Source: an uncultured virus (IMG/VR IMGVR_UViG_3300020057_001237) (taxonomy: Duplodnaviria > Heunggongvirae > Uroviricota > Caudoviricetes). From it: a stretch of DNA of 64,000 nt. Under the pieces are notes generated by a model, which was not told where the DNA came from, ran no database searches, and was given only the letters and a program-made list of their open reading frames with translations. A program made the position numbers and the translations under genes. This document shows, in pieces, positions 20,609 through 29,586 of this stretch; positions within the stretch are counted from its first letter, which is position 1, and each line of letters begins with the position of its first letter. The stretch lies in the IMG/VR virus record IMGVR_UViG_3300020057_001237. One strand, given 5' to 3'.

Positions 20609-21091
20609 ATGAAAGTGCTCTTTACGACTTTTTTTCTTTTTTTTATGTGTTTCACGTCGATGTCTTTAGCTGCGCCGATTCTTTCGGTATCCGACGTACT
20701 CCGCTACGCTCAAGCTCTTGACTTCCACGACCCTAAGCTTTTGGTGGCGATTGCGACCATCGAGTCCGACCTACAGCCTAGCGTTGTCTCTTCTGGTAAA
20801 GGCGACCACCACTACGGCTTGATGCAGATTGGTTTCCGCACGGCGAAGGGTGTGGGTTTTCGGGGTAAAGCACAAGAGCTTTACAACTGGAAGACGAACA
20901 TGAAGTATGCCTCGAAGTATCTTTCCGTGTTACTTTATGAGTATAATTACCACAGAGCCAGTGCGGTAGCAGCTTACAACGCAGGCAAAGTTTACATTTG
21001 TAAAAGCAAATGCCCTAAGGGTGAATACGTAAATCAAGACTACGTAGATAAGGTACTGAAGAAGTATGCAGAGCTTCAAAAGAACACCTGA
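20609..21091 (+). CDS. lytic transglycosylase (SLT family) with N-terminal signal/anchor
   Basis: Motifs AIATIES (catalytic E), YGLMQI and AAYNAG. GGAGGAG RBS before the ATG at 20609, followed by a hydrophobic N-terminus. Confidence 0.88.
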   Translation: MKVLFTTFFLFFMCFTSMSLAAPILSVSDVLRYAQALDFHDPKLLVAIATIESDLQPSVVSSGKGDHHYGLMQIGFRTAKGVGFRGKAQELYNWKTNMKYASKYLSVLLYEYNYHRASAVAAYNAGKVYICKSKCPKGEYVNQDYVDKVLKKYAELQKNT

Positions 21092-21497
21092 GACGAAACG
21101 CTTATCGGAACTGTCGTTGTATCAAAACCACGCCAGGATTCTCGCTGAGAAGTACGCCTTAACTATTCCTTACCTTTATAACTCCGTGATGATGTTACGC
21201 CGTCAGATCAGTGCTCTCCACGTCGTCGGCGTTCTCTTCATCATTGTTACCGCCTTCAACCTCGACATGCTTCAGGCTGGTTTGTCGGGGGCAGCTATCT
21301 GCTTTATAGAAGCGTGGTCGAGAGCCCGCAGGTTCAAGACAGCTAAGCGTCTTGTCCTCGTCTTGCTTAAAAGGCACCGAGCTTTTTTAGCTATTGAGCA
21401 GACTGCGAATGAATTTAAAAAAGTGGGGTATGTTTCTCCTGAAATTTTAGCCGACATCAGTTGGCTTCTGACTTCCTGTGGTAGAGAGAGAAAATGA
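21066..21497 (+). CDS. putative membrane protein
   Basis: Two hydrophobic segments, and it overlaps the SLT gene. Confidence 0.55.
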   Translation: MQSFKRTPETKRLSELSLYQNHARILAEKYALTIPYLYNSVMMLRRQISALHVVGVLFIIVTAFNLDMLQAGLSGAAICFIEAWSRARRFKTAKRLVLVLLKRHRAFLAIEQTANEFKKVGYVSPEILADISWLLTSCGRERK

Positions 21498-21862
21498 TAA
21501 ACTCGTCGCAAAAAGTTGTATCGAAACTTTTCTACGCCTTGATATCTCAGCTTAGTCCGGGCGAGAGGCGAGGTGCGGTTCAAGCCATGAGCTTACTTGT
21601 GACCGCCGTTGAAGAAAGTTATCTGAAAACCTACGACGACAAAAAGCAGCTCCAGCTCGACTTCTACGAGCAGTGCTACACAGTTTTAACCGGCGTAGCT
21701 TTAGCCTTAAAGATGGCTGAAGACGACGGGCTTTTGCCTGCCGCAACCGAAGTCAACAAAGCAGGCTTACCGAAGTCTGTAAGAGAAGCCGACGCAGCCT
21801 TTGAACGCATCGAGCAGCTCCTCAAACGCCTCGTCTCAATTACGACTTTGAAGCCGCACTGA
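21494..21862 (+). CDS. hypothetical protein
   Basis: ATGA overlap with the upstream gene. Confidence 0.6.
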   Translation: MINSSQKVVSKLFYALISQLSPGERRGAVQAMSLLVTAVEESYLKTYDDKKQLQLDFYEQCYTVLTGVALALKMAEDDGLLPAATEVNKAGLPKSVREADAAFERIEQLLKRLVSITTLKPH

Positions 21863-22271
21863 GCGCATCATTAAGTTTCTTCAAGCTGTCTTCGTTGTAG
21901 TTACCTTGCTCGTAAGTAACGTTGCCGTTTTGGTCCACAAAATACGTGGTCGGAAACGATTCGAGCTTCATGCCGTCCGCTACTTTATAGTCGGGGTCGG
22001 CGACTTCTACATGTTGAAGCTTGAAGTTAGCTTTCAACCAATTTGAGCCTAGCTCGGGTTTCGAGTCTAAGTTCACGAGCACAATTGACCAGCCCTTCGG
22101 TACGGTAAGACCCTTGTTCCATTCCGTAAGTTCCGCCCTACAAGCCTCACACCAAGTTGCCCAAAAATTCACGATCCTGTCCGTCTTCGGTGCATGGTCA
22201 TAAGGATACTTCCGCTGAGCGGAAGCGACACTAGAAACCAGAAACAAAGCTGCAAAGATTATCCTCTTCAT
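21840..22271 (-). CDS. secreted TlpA-like thioredoxin / thiol-disulfide oxidoreductase
   Basis: Signal peptide, VNFWATWCEAC, and the cis-Pro motif FPTTYFVD. Confidence 0.88.
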   Translation of the reverse strand: MKRIIFAALFLVSSVASAQRKYPYDHAPKTDRIVNFWATWCEACRAELTEWNKGLTVPKGWSIVLVNLDSKPELGSNWLKANFKLQHVEVADPDYKVADGMKLESFPTTYFVDQNGNVTYEQGNYNEDSLKKLNDALSAASKS

Positions 22272-22360
22272 CTCAACGACCCCTATAGTCCGTTATTGGG
22301 TAGCCTTATGGATAATCTTGGGCTAGGACAAGTTGCCTCTGGTTATGTAGAATAGGAAGT

Positions 22361-22666
22361 ATGAAATTTCGCATCTTCATTCTTAAAGATCCAGAAGCTA
22401 CCAAACGCGGTTTCAATCTTAAAGGCATCAAAGTCCCTCTTTCAACTTGGGTACCTGTCTCCTTAAACGAGGAGACTATCGGTTTAGACAATAGACCCGT
22501 TGATAGAGGTCTCTATCACGACTTTTGGAAGATCCCCGCCGATGACCTCATAAGAGCGAGACCTGCGTTAGCACAGCACCTTAAAAAACTAGATTTCCTT
22601 TTGGTGCCTACCGTTTGGTGTGATGTCGCACCTGTAGAGCATTGGGACGAAATCTGGAGGGGATAA
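22361..22666 (+). CDS. hypothetical protein
   Basis: AGGA RBS before the ATG. Confidence 0.6.
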   Translation: MKFRIFILKDPEATKRGFNLKGIKVPLSTWVPVSLNEETIGLDNRPVDRGLYHDFWKIPADDLIRARPALAQHLKKLDFLLVPTVWCDVAPVEHWDEIWRG

Positions 22667-22670
22667 ACCA

Positions 22671-23546
22671 ATGAAAGTTATTATCGCTGCCTTAATTCTT
22701 GCCGTGAGTGGAACTGCGTTTGCGGGCAACGTAGCCGTAGAGACGAAGACCGCCGAGCACGGTAAAGAAACCAAACTGTCCACAAGCCACAAGCAAGAAG
22801 ACTTCAAGCTCGACACAAGCGCCTACACGAGAGCGTTGGAGCGCGACCGTTACTACGGACTCGGTGCGACGGGAACTTACACCATAGAGAAGATGAACGA
22901 GATCTCCCTCGGTGCTAGCGTCAACGTCCTCAACGAGGAAGATCGTCAAACCTCTTACTCTTTAGGTCTCTGTCGGTGGGTAACTGAGGAAAATCAGCTT
23001 TGCCTAAACTCGTCGTATACGACGGAGAAGAAACCCGAAGCTGAGGTCTTAAATAGCGACTTCGACTTAGTGAAGATCCCCGCCGACTCCAACATCGTTT
23101 CAAACGAGCTGACTCACAGAGTTCTCATCAATCCTACGATGACAGCTCTATACGGCTTCCGTTACCAAAAAAGTGCAAGAGGTGAGCTGGTAGGCTCTCG
23201 GGTGCAGGTCGGAAAGTTCTTCTCAAGCACGAGGTCAGCGATTTTGTTGGCGGCTAACTACGCCGACGAGCTGAGGCTTGTGGAGCCTGCCTTAACCCCT
23301 GCCATGAAAGCCTTCAAAGCCAAAATTACTCTAGGTCAGGAAGTAGGTCCGTTTCTGCTTAGAGTTTCTTACCGAGCCTACATCTTGGAAGATGCCGTCT
23401 CGATTTACGGCAGCGACACAGGCGAGCTTGGCGTTGACTACCTCGGCGACGGATATGCCGTAGGAGCAGGATATTCTCTTCAGAAAGATAACGAAGGAAA
23501 CCAGTCGCATATAACTACGCTAGCATTGCGTAAGGAGTTCCAATAG
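22671..23546 (+). CDS. putative outer-membrane beta-barrel protein
   Basis: Signal peptide ending AFA, alternating amphipathic beta strands, and a C-terminal LALRKEF(Q) beta-signal-like end. Confidence 0.6.
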   Translation: MKVIIAALILAVSGTAFAGNVAVETKTAEHGKETKLSTSHKQEDFKLDTSAYTRALERDRYYGLGATGTYTIEKMNEISLGASVNVLNEEDRQTSYSLGLCRWVTEENQLCLNSSYTTEKKPEAEVLNSDFDLVKIPADSNIVSNELTHRVLINPTMTALYGFRYQKSARGELVGSRVQVGKFFSSTRSAILLAANYADELRLVEPALTPAMKAFKAKITLGQEVGPFLLRVSYRAYILEDAVSIYGSDTGELGVDYLGDGYAVGAGYSLQKDNEGNQSHITTLALRKEFQ

Positions 23547-23688
23547 TCGGAGATTATCTCTAGTCGAAGAAACATTTTTCGGCTTGAGGATTTGGCGATG
23601 ACTACTGGACATAAATAGCAGTTAGCAACGCCGCTCTTACTGCAAGGGTCGAGGCACTCAAAACTTAAATAAGACAGAGGGGTCAGCA

Positions 23689-25296
23689 ATGGCTACGGTA
23701 GGCGATTTCATTTTACACAACAAGAACCTAGGCAAAGACATTTTCCTTTCCGTCAATAAAGGTGGTTCTAGAGCTGAAGTCTTACGTCTTATAGGAAGCA
23801 CCGGAGCTTGTGTCATCGGACCTGCCACAGGCACAGCCATTGTTCACCAGCTTTCTGGCTCGCTTTCTTTGGGAACTGTCGTACCAAGTTTCAGCTCGAC
23901 GGATTACCGGTACATCGGCAGCAAGTATGGTCACTTTTTCCTCCGTCCTTTGAGCGCAAACATCAATGGTACGGCAGCCGTAGGGATGTACAACGGTTGT
24001 TATTATGACGGCTCCGTAGTGAAGTTTTCCACTACCTCTATGGAAGCTAGTGCCCTGTTTTTGATTTCAGCTTCTAGTAACGGAGCACAAGCTCTTATCG
24101 TTAGGTCCTACGGTCAAGGAACAGCCGATGCGACAGTAGGTGCTTCATCTGACATCTTCGTCGTCAATCACAGCGGCGCAGTCAATCTTGGACAATCCAC
24201 TTTCGCAGGTCAGCACAACCTCAGGGGTACCCTTTTAGCCACTAACGCTGCGGCTCAAGGACTTACGAGAGCAACTACTTTCGGAAACTTCCACGCCACT
24301 CAAAGTGGTAACTCGATGATCTTTGGAAGTTCTAACCCGGAATACAACGGTGTGCTCGGTTGCTATACAGGTGGTGGAGTGGTCTTCATAGGGGCACACT
24401 TCTACCATTCTAGTGTCAACAACGAACTTCGCCGTTCGGGTACCACCGTTCCTCAAATGATTTTGTTCCACCCCTCTATCGGTATGCAGTTCTTCCTTGA
24501 TGCTTCTGGTACCGGTGACACCGTTTGGGCACCGAGCGAGCTTTTCCGCATCGGAACCTTGGGCGACTTCACTATGATCTCGAAGGGCTCGAACGCCAAT
24601 CAATGCTTGTCAATTGCTGGAGCGTCGTCCAACAGCGAAGTTCTAAAGCTAGACAAAGCTACGAGCAGTGGTGCTCAGGTACTAATGAGATGTACGTCTA
24701 ACCACATCACCGGCACCGACACTAAGTTTCTAATTATGACTGACGGCTCTGTGACGCTGGGCTCGAATGCTAACGCCAACGATGCCCAACACGTTATTCA
24801 AAACAACAGCCTTACGCAGCAGCCGCTTCTTGTAAGAAACATGTCCACTTCTACAAGCAGCGACGGTCAAGAGGCTATAGTCGTTCAAAAGGGATCGACG
24901 ACAAATACTACGGCTCAGTTTTTTATGCGTTTCACAGTCAACGCTGGTCTTACAAGCTCTGGTCGTATCGTCGCCAACGGCGCTTCTTTGGCGGCTTTCG
25001 CAGCCGCATCAGATGCAAGGTTAAAAGAGAACATCATTGATTTGCCTCCGCAGCTCGACAACATCATGGCGCTGCGTCCTGTCGAGTTCGACTATATCGA
25101 CGGTTCCGGGCATCAGATCGGCTTCATCGCCCAAGAGATTATGACTGTCTATCCTGACGGTGTAAGCGCAATGGAAGACGGCATGTATCAGCTTGCAGGC
25201 TGGTCGAAAACTGAAGCTCGACTAGTGAAAGCTCTTCAAGAGCTGAAAGCAGAAAACGACGCCCTAAAAGCTCGTCTAGACCTAGCAGGATTATAA
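23689..25296 (+). CDS. tail fibre with C-terminal intramolecular chaperone (peptidase S74)
   Basis: SDARLKENI...LRPVEFDY...GFIAQE...LVKALQEL followed by a coiled coil. Confidence 0.88.
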   Translation: MATVGDFILHNKNLGKDIFLSVNKGGSRAEVLRLIGSTGACVIGPATGTAIVHQLSGSLSLGTVVPSFSSTDYRYIGSKYGHFFLRPLSANINGTAAVGMYNGCYYDGSVVKFSTTSMEASALFLISASSNGAQALIVRSYGQGTADATVGASSDIFVVNHSGAVNLGQSTFAGQHNLRGTLLATNAAAQGLTRATTFGNFHATQSGNSMIFGSSNPEYNGVLGCYTGGGVVFIGAHFYHSSVNNELRRSGTTVPQMILFHPSIGMQFFLDASGTGDTVWAPSELFRIGTLGDFTMISKGSNANQCLSIAGASSNSEVLKLDKATSSGAQVLMRCTSNHITGTDTKFLIMTDGSVTLGSNANANDAQHVIQNNSLTQQPLLVRNMSTSTSSDGQEAIVVQKGSTTNTTAQFFMRFTVNAGLTSSGRIVANGASLAAFAAASDARLKENIIDLPPQLDNIMALRPVEFDYIDGSGHQIGFIAQEIMTVYPDGVSAMEDGMYQLAGWSKTEARLVKALQELKAENDALKARLDLAGL

Positions 25297-25320
25297 ACTT
25301 CTCAGAAAAGGACACAGACT

Positions 25321-25645
25321 ATGGCTACGGTAGGCGACTTTAGAATACACAATAAGAACGACAACAAAAATATCGTAGTTTCCATCACAAGAAGTGCGGT
25401 GCGTACTGAAGTTGTTTCGGTCAGTAGTACCGGTTACATAAACCTAGGACTGCTCAACGACTTCACAGGTGGTTTAGCAGGCGTAACTAAGGCGACTACT
25501 TTTCCAAAGTTGCTTGCAACAACTGGTGCTAACTAGATTTTCTACGGGCACGGCAACACCGCCCATAACGGTATCTTAGGCACGATGTCGGGCGCTGGCG
25601 GGGCTTTTTGGGGCTTCGGCTTCTACCATTCTAGTGTCAACCAAG
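25321..25645 (+). pseudogene. truncated paralog of the 23689 tail fibre
   Basis: Same MATVGDF.HNKN start. Similarity continues past the in-frame TAG at 25534-25536 (IFYGHGNTAHNGILG...FYHSSVN versus MIFGSSNPEYNGVLG...FYHSSVN) and then stops. Confidence 0.75.
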
Positions 25646-25983
25646 CCCACCGCTACAGATTTGGCTGACCTGTTGACGGTAAGAATCCTTTGCATCGGCT
25701 TTCATCAGCGTCGGCTCAAAGACGGTGGTGATGCCGCCGTTGAAGGTGATGACACCTAAACGATCACCCTCTCCTAGATGCTCAATTAACTTCAGGGTGG
25801 ACTTGCGGACGAACTCGATCTTTTGACCATACATCGACGATGAAATGTCGAGTACGGCAATCAAGTTGACCGGCTTTCTCTTTTCTAATCGAGCTTGGGA
25901 GCGTCGAGCGTAAAGAGCAGGTTGACGTTGTTCTTCTGAGAGAAGAGGACTTTGTTGCGGGAAAAAATAGACGATAGCTTCAT
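25642..25983 (-). pseudogene. von Willebrand factor A domain gene fragment (frameshifted and truncated)
   Basis: AAAGGAG RBS before the ATG at 25983 (MKLSSIFSRNKVL...DAPKLD). A 1-nt frameshift near 25888 leads into KRKPVNLIAVLDISSSM (MIDAS DxSxS). It breaks off at QICSGG. Confidence 0.75.
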
Positions 25984-26157
25984 GAGATGATTCTCCTTTA
26001 TCTTGAAGCTGGGTTTTTGACCAACACGCAATCGTCAGGCTTAGACGATCCAAAATGTTATCCGGTCAGAAAAACGACATGCCTGATAAGTTTCCCTGCG
26101 CCGAAGCCCGAAGGGATGGAATCAATGCGGCGGTGATGCCCTAATTGATGTTCCTGA

Positions 26158-26186
26158 ACTGTAAGGGGAAATAATCTCTGTGTCAA
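26158..26186 (-). promoter_or_regulatory. sigma70-like promoter
   Basis: TTGACA-17 nt-TACAGT, upstream of the vWA fragment. Confidence 0.6.
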
Positions 26187-26234
26187 GAAAACTTGCGAAG
26201 AAAAAAAACTGGTGATAGAAGACCAGCAGAAAAT

Positions 26235-26263
26235 TTGCTTTAAAAGTCATCATTAGTTATACT
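26235..26263 (+). promoter_or_regulatory. sigma70-like promoter
   Basis: TTGCTT-17 nt-TATACT, upstream of the large vWA gene. Confidence 0.6.
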
Positions 26264-26334
26264 GGTTGGGTAGATCGTTTATCTATAAAAACCGAGTATT
26301 TTCGAGAAACCAGAGTAAAAGGAGTAACCCGAGT

Positions 26335-28530
26335 ATGTCTAAGCTATCCTATGTCCAAATCCGTCCCGATCTCTTCCTCGCCTGTCAACCCCACGAAAAA
26401 CCAAAGCAAGCTGCACAAGCCGTCAAGCCACCGGTCAACCACATCTGGATTTATGACCGCAGCGGATCTATGTACTCGCTTTTAAGCGGGCTCGTTCGGG
26501 ACTTAAAAGACCTCTCCCGTAGCCTGAAAGTCGGCGACACGTTGACGCTCGGTTGGTTTTCGTCAGAGCGGGATTTCAATTTCATGATTAAGGGTTTCAA
26601 GATCACTGGTGACAGCGACTATGCCCTTCTTGATAAGCTTCTAGATCAAAACTCTAGAACGCTTGGCACTACTTGCTTTTCAGATATCTTAGCTGACACC
26701 AAGCAAGTGGTTCAAGACTTGAAGATTTTCAGTTCAACCTTCGCTTTGAGTTTCTTCACGGACGGCTATCCAGTGGTTTCAAACTACAACCGTGAAGTAG
26801 AAGCCATCTTCTCCGCTATCAAGAATTTGCAAGGCGACATCTCGTCCGCACTTCTTGTCGGCTACGGCTACTACTACAACAAGCAGCTTATGGCGGACAT
26901 GGCTGAGCGCCTCGGCGGCTCTCTTACGCACGCTGAAGGTTTGAAAGAGTTCCGTACCACTATGGATATGTTCCTTGGTGACTCCCGCAGCGTATCGAAG
27001 AAAATCGAGCTTGCTCTTGAAGCGCCGACCGACAGCAATTGGCAGACGGCTTTCACCATCTCAGGCAACGCCATCAACCTTTTGGCACAAGAAAATAACA
27101 GCGTTTCGTTCGCTCCGACAGACGGCGACGACTACTTATACACGTTGACCTCGAAGCGTCCTAGCGGCACGCAGGCAGCTCTTAACGAAGGTACGGTACG
27201 CACGCAAGGAAACCATGAGCCAGTAGTCAGGGGTCTTTACGCTGCTGCTTATGTTCTGTGCCAGAAAGGCAAAACGGACGTAGCGATGGAGGCTTTGTCG
27301 GTAATCGGTGAGTCGTACCTTATCGACAAACTTACGAACGCCTACACACCGGCTGAGTATGGTTTTGCAGAGAAGGCTTTAAGCGAAGCCATTCAAGATA
27401 CGACGAAGCGTTACGTCGGTGGCTATAAGCCAAACTACTTGCCTGCAACGGATGCCTTCTGTCTTCTCGACGTTTGCGACTTGCTTGCAGCAGACGGCGA
27501 AGCTTTCTTTTACCCTTTCCACGAGACGTTTGACTACAAAAGGGTCGGCGTGAAGTCTACGAAGGTAGATGACGCTCCTGACTTCAAGGCAGATGCAGAC
27601 GCCAAGATCCCTTTTCAAACGCTGACGTGGAACAGCAAAATGCTCAACCTGTCGGTGCTTGCTCGCATTGAAGGCAAGATCGAACTGCGAGCTGGCTGTC
27701 AAAAGGCTGGCTTACCAAAACAGTACCCAACCAATGTTTATCGTAATTACACCATCGTCAAAGATGGCTTCCTCAACATGAAGTCTTTGCCGATCTCGGT
27801 CAGCAAGGCGTCGTTTGATGATCTCCAAGGCAAAGGTTTGATTGACGGCGATCAGCGTTACGACTCAGCAGGAGTCTACACGCTGCACTTAGACCGTGTT
27901 CCTGTAATTAACAGGAAGCTTGCTGAAGGTAAGACTTCGGCAAAGGTGTTAGCCGATAAGGTCATCGACGAGATGAAGTTGAAAGGTCAGCTTAAGGCTT
28001 TGAAATACTTCAAAGACCAAGAAGTGGGAGACGACGTTGAAAAAATTGGCGTACTTGCAGGTCTTAGCGATGCACAAGTCTCTTTTCTTGAAGAGCATTA
28101 TGTTACGAAAAACGGCTTCTCGCCTAAGGTGGAGAAAGAAGAAGCGACCGACCACTACTTTGCTAAAGAGTTTGAAGTAAAAGTCAAAGGTCTTTCAAGC
28201 TTACCAAAAGTAGAAGACGTAAAGGCTAAGCTCGTAGCTGGCAAGAAGCTTACAGTCTCCGACGAGATGGTGGCTGAAGGTATTCGTATGTTTGAGTCTT
28301 CGCCTGTTTACAAAGAAGATAAGAATGTTAAAATAGCTTGGTTAAACAACGTCATTACCAACACGCTGCAAAAGCAGCAAAAGAACGCCAGAGAGATCCA
28401 AGAGACCAAGTTCGCCGTGCTCTTGGCTAAGAAGTGGTTCGACGAATTTAAGACGAGAGACGAAAATGCTCTTGAGCATAACGGCTACGCACTGACGTTT
28501 GCTTTACGTGAAGTAAAAGTCGCTTACTAA
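26335..28530 (+). CDS. vWA-domain protein
   Basis: MIDAS motif IYDRSGSM, T in GTTCF, and FFTDG. AAGGAG lies upstream of the ATG at 26335. Confidence 0.8.
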   Translation: MSKLSYVQIRPDLFLACQPHEKPKQAAQAVKPPVNHIWIYDRSGSMYSLLSGLVRDLKDLSRSLKVGDTLTLGWFSSERDFNFMIKGFKITGDSDYALLDKLLDQNSRTLGTTCFSDILADTKQVVQDLKIFSSTFALSFFTDGYPVVSNYNREVEAIFSAIKNLQGDISSALLVGYGYYYNKQLMADMAERLGGSLTHAEGLKEFRTTMDMFLGDSRSVSKKIELALEAPTDSNWQTAFTISGNAINLLAQENNSVSFAPTDGDDYLYTLTSKRPSGTQAALNEGTVRTQGNHEPVVRGLYAAAYVLCQKGKTDVAMEALSVIGESYLIDKLTNAYTPAEYGFAEKALSEAIQDTTKRYVGGYKPNYLPATDAFCLLDVCDLLAADGEAFFYPFHETFDYKRVGVKSTKVDDAPDFKADADAKIPFQTLTWNSKMLNLSVLARIEGKIELRAGCQKAGLPKQYPTNVYRNYTIVKDGFLNMKSLPISVSKASFDDLQGKGLIDGDQRYDSAGVYTLHLDRVPVINRKLAEGKTSAKVLADKVIDEMKLKGQLKALKYFKDQEVGDDVEKIGVLAGLSDAQVSFLEEHYVTKNGFSPKVEKEEATDHYFAKEFEVKVKGLSSLPKVEDVKAKLVAGKKLTVSDEMVAEGIRMFESSPVYKEDKNVKIAWLNNVITNTLQKQQKNAREIQETKFAVLLAKKWFDEFKTRDENALEHNGYALTFALREVKVAY

Positions 28531-28550
28531 TTTTATGACGCTTATCTAAG

Positions 28551-28584
28551 AGGTCGAGAGTTTACAGCTCTTGACCTTTTTTTT
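28551..28584 (+). terminator. intrinsic terminator
   Basis: AGGTCGAGAG/CTCTTGACCT stem followed by a T-run. Confidence 0.75.
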
Positions 28585-28634
28585 GCTTCCGCAAGATTTT
28601 ATTACAGACATTTTTCAAATCTTCGGGAGTATTT

Positions 28635-29438
28635 ATGAAGAATTTTTGGTGCTGGCTCTTAAGCTTTTTCGTGAAGCCTGCTTACAAAAAGTACGGATGG
28701 ATTCCAGACAAACCCGACCACAGAGACTACATTTTCCAAGAGGCTTTAAGTGTAGAGATGTTACCGACGATGGTTGACATGCGTAAGGATTGCCCCGCCG
28801 TCTACGACCAAAGTTCACTCGGCTCCTGTACGGCGAATGCCACCGCTGCCCAATGCGAGATCGAAGCAAAGCAAAACAAGAAGCCGATCTACACGCCGTC
28901 ACGACTTTTCGTTTACTACAACAGTCGTCTGCTTGAAGGTACGACGAGGTATGACAGCGGTGCTTCTATCAGAGACTCTGTGAAGACGATTCTTCAGTAC
29001 GGCTACTGCCGGGAGACTGCGTACCCTTACGTCATTTCGAAGTTCCGCAGTAAGCCTTCTGCTAGCCTCTACGCTGCTGCCGCTGAGCATAAGATCACGA
29101 CTAAGCAGTACGCTAGAGTTTCTCAAACATTAACCTCTCTTAAAAGCTGTCTAGCTTTGGGTAACACCGTAAACTTTGGCTTCACCGTCTACTCAAGCTT
29201 TGAGTCCGACGCCGTAGCAAAGACGGGTATCATGCCTATGCCGAAGAAAAATGAGAGGTCTCTTGGCGGACACGCCGTCCTCATGGTCGGCTACGACGAC
29301 GCCAAGCAGTGCTTCATCGTCAGGAACTCGTGGAGTGCCCGCTGGGGTGACAAAGGCTACTTCTACATGCCTTACGCCTTCGCCGTGAACTCCTCATATG
29401 CTAGCGACTTTTGGACCATAACCAACGTCAACTCTTAA
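28635..29438 (+). CDS. papain-family (C1) cysteine peptidase
   Basis: DQSSLGSC, GGHAV and RNSW..WGDKGY motifs, and a YGW.PD.PD.RD N-terminus. Confidence 0.92.
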   Translation: MKNFWCWLLSFFVKPAYKKYGWIPDKPDHRDYIFQEALSVEMLPTMVDMRKDCPAVYDQSSLGSCTANATAAQCEIEAKQNKKPIYTPSRLFVYYNSRLLEGTTRYDSGASIRDSVKTILQYGYCRETAYPYVISKFRSKPSASLYAAAAEHKITTKQYARVSQTLTSLKSCLALGNTVNFGFTVYSSFESDAVAKTGIMPMPKKNERSLGGHAVLMVGYDDAKQCFIVRNSWSARWGDKGYFYMPYAFAVNSSYASDFWTITNVNS

Positions 29439-29449
29439 TATACTTGACC

Positions 29450-29505
29450 GAGCCTCGCCGACAGTTGTATGAGAAATCATACTTACCACTCAGCGGGGCT
29501 CTTTT
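29450..29505 (+). terminator. hairpin / probable terminator
   Basis: GAGCCTCGC...GCGGGGCTC-TTTT, with an inner GTATGA-GAAA-TCATAC hairpin. Confidence 0.5.
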
Positions 29506-29507
29506 AT

Positions 29508-29575
29508 CAAAACCCAGCGTAAAACCCCCTGCTTTAGCCGTGGGGATATAAGCTGGCATTAAAACTAGTGCTAAT
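29508..29575 (+). mobile_element. orphan IS200/IS605 left end
   Basis: 41 bp (29515-29555) are identical to 19374-19414 and also follow a TTAT. No tnpB or right end follows. Confidence 0.8.
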
Positions 29576-29586
29576 ATATATCATAT

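Noticed and set aside
21066..21497. Holin call for the membrane protein after the transglycosylase
   Set aside because: Position and hydrophobicity are suggestive, but no family motif is recognisable and the SLT has its own signal sequence.
25534..25536. TAG-to-Gln recoding, suggested by homology continuing past an in-frame TAG
   Set aside because: Long genes have no internal TAG, TAG ends normal genes (23546, 33686), and there is no CTA-anticodon tRNA in the window. A nonsense mutation is simpler.
25636..25640. TCAA at the pseudogene junction matching the IS right-end cleavage motif
   Set aside because: There is no adjacent IS hairpin, and the same sequence is coding in the intact fibre gene. 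It is probably coincidence.
23689..25645. Diversity-generating retroelement (TR/VR pair)
   Set aside because: No reverse transcriptase is in the window, the copies differ by indels and at all bases rather than only at adenines, and the region is N-terminal.
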